This document shows positions 16,037 to 20,000 of a stretch of DNA of 20,000 bases, one piece after another. A program made the translations under genes and the position numbers. Numbering within the stretch: position 1 is the first letter of the stretch; each line of letters begins with the position of its first letter. The notes below the pieces were generated by a model. That model was not told where the DNA came from. It searched no databases and was given only the letters and a program-made list of their open reading frames with translations. The DNA comes from an uncultured virus (IMG/VR IMGVR_UViG_3300022660_001620). Its lineage: Duplodnaviria > Heunggongvirae > Uroviricota > Caudoviricetes. The stretch lies in the IMG/VR virus record IMGVR_UViG_3300022660_001620. The stretch is one strand, 5' to 3'.

Positions 16037-16082
16037 AACACCGCCTAATAATGCTGATTTCTCAGTGTTTGGCGGTGTTTTT
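16037..16082 (+). terminator. Putative intrinsic terminator after the integrase
   Basis: AACACCGCC...GGCGGTGTT followed by Ts. Confidence 0.55.
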
Positions 16083-16119
16083 ACTTGGAGTAAGATACTC
16101 TACGAATTTTTTTGTTTAT

Positions 16120-16165
16120 AAGACCCGAAAATAGCTCTCAAGAGCGTTTCGGGTCTTTTCTTTTT
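16120..16165 (+). terminator. Putative intrinsic terminator
   Basis: AAGACCCGAAA...TTTCGGGTCTT followed by TTCTTTTT. Confidence 0.7.
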
Positions 16166-16211
16166 CTATCATTTAATGCAAATTGCCTATAAAATTTTAT
16201 CATATTGCACT

Positions 16212-16234
16212 TATAAATGCAACTTGCATTTATA
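16212..16234. promoter_or_regulatory. Perfect palindrome, candidate XRE operator
   Basis: TATAAATGCAA-C-TTGCATTTATA, upstream of TATAAT (16262-16267) and the XRE gene. Confidence 0.6.
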
Positions 16235-16301
16235 GTTGGTTGTGGGATTTTGGGCATAATTTATAATAAAGATAAGATAGAAAAGCATGGAGGTGATTGA
16301 A

Positions 16302-16664
16302 ATGCAACCGGAAATTGATTACGTTAAAATTGGTCAGCGTATAAAAGCTGCTCGACTTGAAAAGGGGTATAGCCAGGCGGATTTGGGTGCGTTGATTGGT
16401 TGCTCGAACAATCATATGAGCCATGTCGAAGTGGGACAGACGAAAGTTTCTCTGGCAATGCTTTTGAAATTAGCATTTGCTTTAGAAAAAGATTTCGATT
16501 TCTTTTTACTTGATACGCCTTATGCAAAGCGTGACAGTATAATCAATACAGAAATCGCTGAAAAGCTGAAAAAATGTAATGCAACTACATTGATAACAGT
16601 GAGCAAAATCATTGATGCTTTAATTGAGCAGCAGAACATGGTTATGGTCACTGCGGATGATTAA
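16302..16664 (+). CDS. XRE-family HTH regulator
   Basis: IGQRIKAARLEKGYSQADLG...MSHVEVG; GGAGGTG then ATG 16302. Confidence 0.9.
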   Translation: MQPEIDYVKIGQRIKAARLEKGYSQADLGALIGCSNNHMSHVEVGQTKVSLAMLLKLAFALEKDFDFFLLDTPYAKRDSIINTEIAEKLKKCNATTLITVSKIIDALIEQQNMVMVTADD

Positions 16665-16687
16665 ATAAAATTATATAATGACCGAGA

Positions 16688-16756
16688 GTTAGGGCAAAGT
16701 TGGCGAAAGCCTGCGACGCAAAGCTATAGGGCCTGTAAAATGGCAGCCAGTTGTTA
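16688..16756 (+). ncRNA. c-di-GMP-I (GEMM) riboswitch
   Basis: GGGCAAA-GTTGGC-GAAA-GCCTGC-GACGCAAAGCTATAGGGCCT...ATGGCAGCCAGTTG matches the clostridial consensus. TATAAT at 16674-16679; gene starts at 16839. Confidence 0.88.
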
Positions 16757-16838
16757 TGCTTTCGATGACAAACCCAAGCTGTCAGGCCATATCGTGTCTG
16801 GCAGCTTTGTGCATTTTATGGGAAAGGAGTACATTCTT

Positions 16839-18248
16839 ATGTTTGAAAAGTTCAAACAAATATTAGGTGGCAGCAGCACCGCACAGCCTTCTACCGAAGA
16901 AGTAGAGCAACAACAATATATCCAGTACGCTGTGGAACTGGAGCAATCCCTGAGCAAACTGGAATCCTCCGTACATGAGAGTGACGATCCAGACCTGATT
17001 ATGCAGAGTGTAATGAAAACCGCTTTGGAGTTCTATCAAGGTGACTGGATTGGCTTTCTTGAAGTGGATCTGGAGTTGGGATTGTGGACACCGACCCACT
17101 GGTACAATCCAAGACCCGATGATAAGACGTTACAACTCTTGCAGGAATTTGAATCTGCTGAGTTTTTGCATAGATGGGTAAAGGCAATGCACGACAATGA
17201 CCCTATCATTGTTCGTGATGTGAATGAAGTAAAAAACGAGTACCCAGGTGAGTATGCAGTCTATCAAAGATTGTACTGCCAGAGTGTTTTGGCTGTTCCT
17301 GTGAAACCTCGTCCGATGGGTTTCCTTGTACTGAGAAATCCGCAGAAACATCTGGAACGAAGCAGTATGCTTCAGCTGCTCGCATTTGTGGTTCTCGCCT
17401 GTGTAAATGAGCAGAAGCTGATGCAGAGCATGAAGATGTCGGTTTCTCCTGAGAACATCGAACATGATACGGATGTCATCATCAATCTCTTTGGTAATCT
17501 GGAAATCTATACTTCCGGTGGTGTTCTTCGTGAATCTGATTTGAAATCGCCTATGTGTACCAGACTTCTGGCATATATGCTTCTCAACCGCAAGGTGACA
17601 ATTCCTGCATGGGAAATTGCGGAAGCGATATGGCCTGAAGAAGCCGTTGATGCAGATAACCCAAGTAAGAACCTTCGAGCATTGGTGTTCCGTTTAAGAC
17701 AGGCATTTGCCCTGATCTCGGAGTATCAGCTGATAGAAACAACGCCTAATGGCTACCGTTTCAATCCGAAGCTCCATATAATGACTGACCTCCAGTTGTT
17801 TGATAAGTATTGGGATGCAGCACAAACAACAGGCTCTACTACCGGCAAGGTGGAGATTCTGAAACGTGCTATGAACCTCTACAAAGGCAGAGTTCTTTTG
17901 TCTGCCGACTCTGAACATTGGATTATGCTGACTGCGGCAAATTATGAACTGCGCTACACCGGCGTTGTAAATGAGTTGCTGAAAACGCTGGAGGATGCGA
18001 AGGATTATCAAAACCTGCATAAGTACGCAGCACAATCTTTGGGTGCAGCTCCGGGCAATGTGAAAGCCTATTACTGGCTGATCGTCGCTATCTACAACAT
18101 GGGTGCGGACGAAATGGTTTCCACCCAGCTGGAAATGGCAAAGGAATATCTGACCGATGAGGAATACTACGATTTGGTCAATGCACTAAAAGATGCGAAG
18201 ATAACACCGCCTACAAACCGTTTCCGCAACGAAAAACTGACCATATAA
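16839..18248 (+). CDS. Transcriptional regulator: GAF-like sensor, OmpR-type winged helix and BTAD (SARP-like), 469 aa
   Basis: N-half ALEFYQGDW...SVLAVP...MGFLVLRNP (GAF-like); INLFGNLEI...LLAYMLLN...IAEAIWP...LVFRLRQ...GYRFN (wHTH); DLQLF...AMNLYKG...W (BTAD). AAGGAG RBS. Confidence 0.85.
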   Translation: MFEKFKQILGGSSTAQPSTEEVEQQQYIQYAVELEQSLSKLESSVHESDDPDLIMQSVMKTALEFYQGDWIGFLEVDLELGLWTPTHWYNPRPDDKTLQLLQEFESAEFLHRWVKAMHDNDPIIVRDVNEVKNEYPGEYAVYQRLYCQSVLAVPVKPRPMGFLVLRNPQKHLERSSMLQLLAFVVLACVNEQKLMQSMKMSVSPENIEHDTDVIINLFGNLEIYTSGGVLRESDLKSPMCTRLLAYMLLNRKVTIPAWEIAEAIWPEEAVDADNPSKNLRALVFRLRQAFALISEYQLIETTPNGYRFNPKLHIMTDLQLFDKYWDAAQTTGSTTGKVEILKRAMNLYKGRVLLSADSEHWIMLTAANYELRYTGVVNELLKTLEDAKDYQNLHKYAAQSLGAAPGNVKAYYWLIVAIYNMGADEMVSTQLEMAKEYLTDEEYYDLVNALKDAKITPPTNRFRNEKLTI

Positions 18249-18366
18249 CAACCATATAACACCTGTGTGACGTTCATATAACGCCAATTTCGCCATATAA
18301 CATTCATATAACACCGGAGGAATTTCCGTATAACGCAAAACGGCTGATTATAACAGCCGTATAACA
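18241..18366 (+). repeat. Phased array of eight TATAAC direct repeats
   Basis: TATAAC starts at 18244, 18255, 18277, 18296, 18307, 18329, 18349 and 18360 (spacings 11,22,19,11,22,20,11). Confidence 0.9.
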
Positions 18367-18474
18367 ATCTAAAATTTTCAAAGAACACCCGTCCGCTATG
18401 GTTTCAGGGCAAGAGCAAATTGCCTTAGAAATATAGTGTACGGGGGTTCTTATTTTGATACCACATAACCTACG

Positions 18475-18525
18475 GGGAGTGGTCGCTTTTGCGAGACATC
18501 GCATCAGCGGCTGCTCCCTTTTTTT
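18475..18525 (+). terminator. Intrinsic terminator
   Basis: GGGAGTGGTCGCT/AGCGGCTGCTCCC stem (with G-U pairs), inner TGCGA-GACA-TCGCA, then T7. Confidence 0.75.
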
Positions 18526-18611
18526 ATTTGCAACGGATTATCGGTGCCGCTCTCCTCCCGGCTTCTTGGAATTTTCATTTTTTGAATTTCAAGAAATCGG
18601 AGGAAACGTAA

Positions 18612-18899
18612 ATGTATTACGACCCAAAAGAAAGCGGGAAAAGAATAGCCGCACTTAGAAAAGACAGAGGAATGACACAGGAACAACTCGCTGAAAAGCT
18701 GAACATCAGTTATAGCATGATGGCGAAAATCGAAATTGGAAACAAAGGCATTTCGATTGATCTGCTGATTGAGTTGATAGTTTTCTTTGATGTTTCAATG
18801 GAGTACATCATTTTGGGGCAGGAGCTTCATAAAGACAAGTTGAAATCTCAGTACGAACTTGCGAAAAAACAGCTCCTGGAGTTGGGTGAAATGCTTTAA
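18612..18899 (+). CDS. XRE-family HTH regulator
   Basis: SGKRIAALRKDRGMTQEQLAEKLNIS...KIEIG; GGAGG RBS. Confidence 0.9.
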   Translation: MYYDPKESGKRIAALRKDRGMTQEQLAEKLNISYSMMAKIEIGNKGISIDLLIELIVFFDVSMEYIILGQELHKDKLKSQYELAKKQLLELGEML

Positions 18900-18906
18900 T
18901 TCAGGG

Positions 18907-18925
18907 CTATCACTCAGAGTGATAG
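18907..18925. promoter_or_regulatory. Perfect palindrome, candidate operator
   Basis: CTATCACTC-A-GAGTGATAG immediately after the XRE stop codon. Confidence 0.55.
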
Positions 18926-18989
18926 TTTACCGAAGAATGTATCACCAATGGTCAATAAAAAGATGGGTGGAAAAAGACTACAATTTTCT

Positions 18990-19360
18990 CACAGCCAAAG
19001 AAAACGGCTGTGTGTTCCTTGAAAATTGAATACACATTCATCAGATACGTTCCTGTTGTCGGTGTGAAAGCATCAGCCACATCAGCGGTACGCCATGAGG
19101 TATTAGTTGTAGAAACAGAGCAAAGGTAAATTACGAACTGCTTCTGAACTGGTATGAGCGAGAAATGCCGGCTTGTAAATATTGGATTGCTCCCAATACG
19201 GCGATGAAAACAACAGGGTTAAAGATACTTCTCTACGGAGCTGGCGGAGAACCCGGCAGAGGTTAGATTCCTATGGAGCTGATTAGCAGTCAGCCGTTTG
19301 ATGATTTCCCGATAAGATACTTCTTATCACCCAGGGGTGCCGAGGGCAAATATGGGGTTC
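18990..19360 (+). ncRNA. Candidate structured leader or ncRNA upstream of mazF
   Basis: No convincing ORF; several hairpins (18990-19012, 19061-19074 with GAAA loop, 19180-19198, 19260-19272, 19278-19294, 19311-19328). Confidence 0.4.
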
Positions 19361-19447
19361 AACATATTTTTTCGGAAGGGCTGTTTCTGTCTGTTTTCGG
19401 ATGGGACAGCCCTTCGTACATACCCAATGAAAGGAGGTTCACCATTT

Positions 19448-19858
19448 ATGATGAGAAAAAATTGGGTATATCGCCGTGGCGATATTTATTGTGCTGATCT
19501 GAACCCTGTAATTGGCTCTGAACAAGGTGGCACCCGTCCGGTGGTAGTGATCCAGAATGATACCGGAAATAAACACGCTCCAACTCTGATTGTGGCAACG
19601 GTCACAACGAAAATCAGGAAAAAAGAAAAGATGCCGACACATTATCTGATAAAAAACAATCCTGCTTTTTCTGAACCATCAGTTGTTATGTTGGAGCAGA
19701 TTCGCACGATTGATAAAAGTCGTATCGAGAGTTACTTAGGGAAAGCATCCCGAAGTGAAATGACAGGAATTGATAAGGCTCTGCTTACCAGTATGGCATT
19801 GCAGTACCTTTGTGGAAATCTGTCGGATAATAACGACGCATTACCTACAAATCCTTAA
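19448..19858 (+). CDS. mazF: PemK/MazF-family endoribonuclease toxin (no adjacent MazE seen)
   Basis: RRGDIY.ADL.P..GSEQGGTRPVVVIQND.GN...TLIVA.VTT...LEQIRTIDK.R; AAGGAGG then ATG 19448. Confidence 0.92.
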   Translation: MMRKNWVYRRGDIYCADLNPVIGSEQGGTRPVVVIQNDTGNKHAPTLIVATVTTKIRKKEKMPTHYLIKNNPAFSEPSVVMLEQIRTIDKSRIESYLGKASRSEMTGIDKALLTSMALQYLCGNLSDNNDALPTNP

Positions 19859-19918
19859 GCATAATTCATTCAACGAAAGCGTAATCATGTGGTAAGGAAA
19901 ATGAAGGTGGTGCATAAC

Positions 19919-20000
19919 GTGAATTTGAAAAACATGAAGGATGTGGACATCCGTACCGTGGACAAATCTTCGTTATCCGAACTGCGTGACATTAAGATAA
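19919..20000 (+). CDS. 5' end of a DUF6870-like protein (partial)
   Basis: MNLKNMKDVDIRTVDKSSLSELRDIKI... The DIRTVD...L..(I/L)RD motif resembles small proteins that precede serine-recombinase clusters. Start uncertain (19901 or 19919). Confidence 0.55.
   Translation, partial: MNLKNMKDVDIRTVDKSSLSELRDIKI

Larger units (their letters stand above)
14850..20000 (+). mobile_element. Lower-GC integrative element or island (integrase, regulators, MazF, DUF6870-like gene); extends beyond the right edge
   Basis: Compositional shift, tyrosine integrase, XRE genes and a DUF6870-like gene; all genes on the plus strand. Confidence 0.6.

Noticed and set aside
3769..16079. Shared AACACCGCC/GGCGGTGTT stems at 3769 and 16037 as attL/attR
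   Set aside because: Only 9-bp arms typical of terminators, with unrelated loops and flanks.
16740..16838. N-terminal extension of the BTAD regulator given in the ORF track
   Set aside because: It overlaps the riboswitch; the RBS supports ATG 16839.
18241..18366. TATAAC array as a CRISPR array
   Set aside because: Repeats are only 6-10 nt with 5-16 nt gaps, and no cas genes are present.
18907..18925. Resemblance of the palindrome to tetO (CTATCA...TGATAG)
   Set aside because: Spacing differs and no TetR or tet gene is nearby; more simply an XRE operator.
19240..19280. tRNA gene suggested by GGTTAGATTCC
   Set aside because: No cloverleaf or acceptor stem could be built; kept only as a T-loop-like element.
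19273..19497. 74-aa ORF as a MazE antitoxin
   Set aside because: No RBS, no AbrB/RHH pattern, and it overlaps mazF out of frame by 50 nt.

Overview
The window joins two mobile-element segments of a Clostridia/Oscillospiraceae-like genome. (A) 1-~14800 is GC-rich prophage-like DNA. A tightly packed minus-strand operon (14697 down to 4017) encodes a stand-alone IS30-type HTH protein, dUTPase, many Cys-rich small proteins, a C5 and an N6/N4 DNA methyltransferase, an HUH rolling-circle-type Rep-like protein, an HD hydrolase, a DUF1064-like nuclease and a RinA/ArpU-like activator. It converges at a terminator (3769-3818) on a plus-strand cluster of small accessory genes, three of which are preceded by a conserved, covarying ~48-nt hairpin repeat. 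(B) ~14850-20000 is AT-richer, plus-strand DNA. It carries a tyrosine integrase, an XRE regulator, a c-di-GMP-I riboswitch in front of a GAF-like/winged-helix/BTAD (SARP-like) regulator, and a phased array of eight TATAAC repeats. These are followed by a second XRE, a ~450-nt hairpin-rich leader, an orphan MazF/PemK gene and the start of a DUF6870-like gene. All protein calls come from motif recognition by eye; no searches were run.
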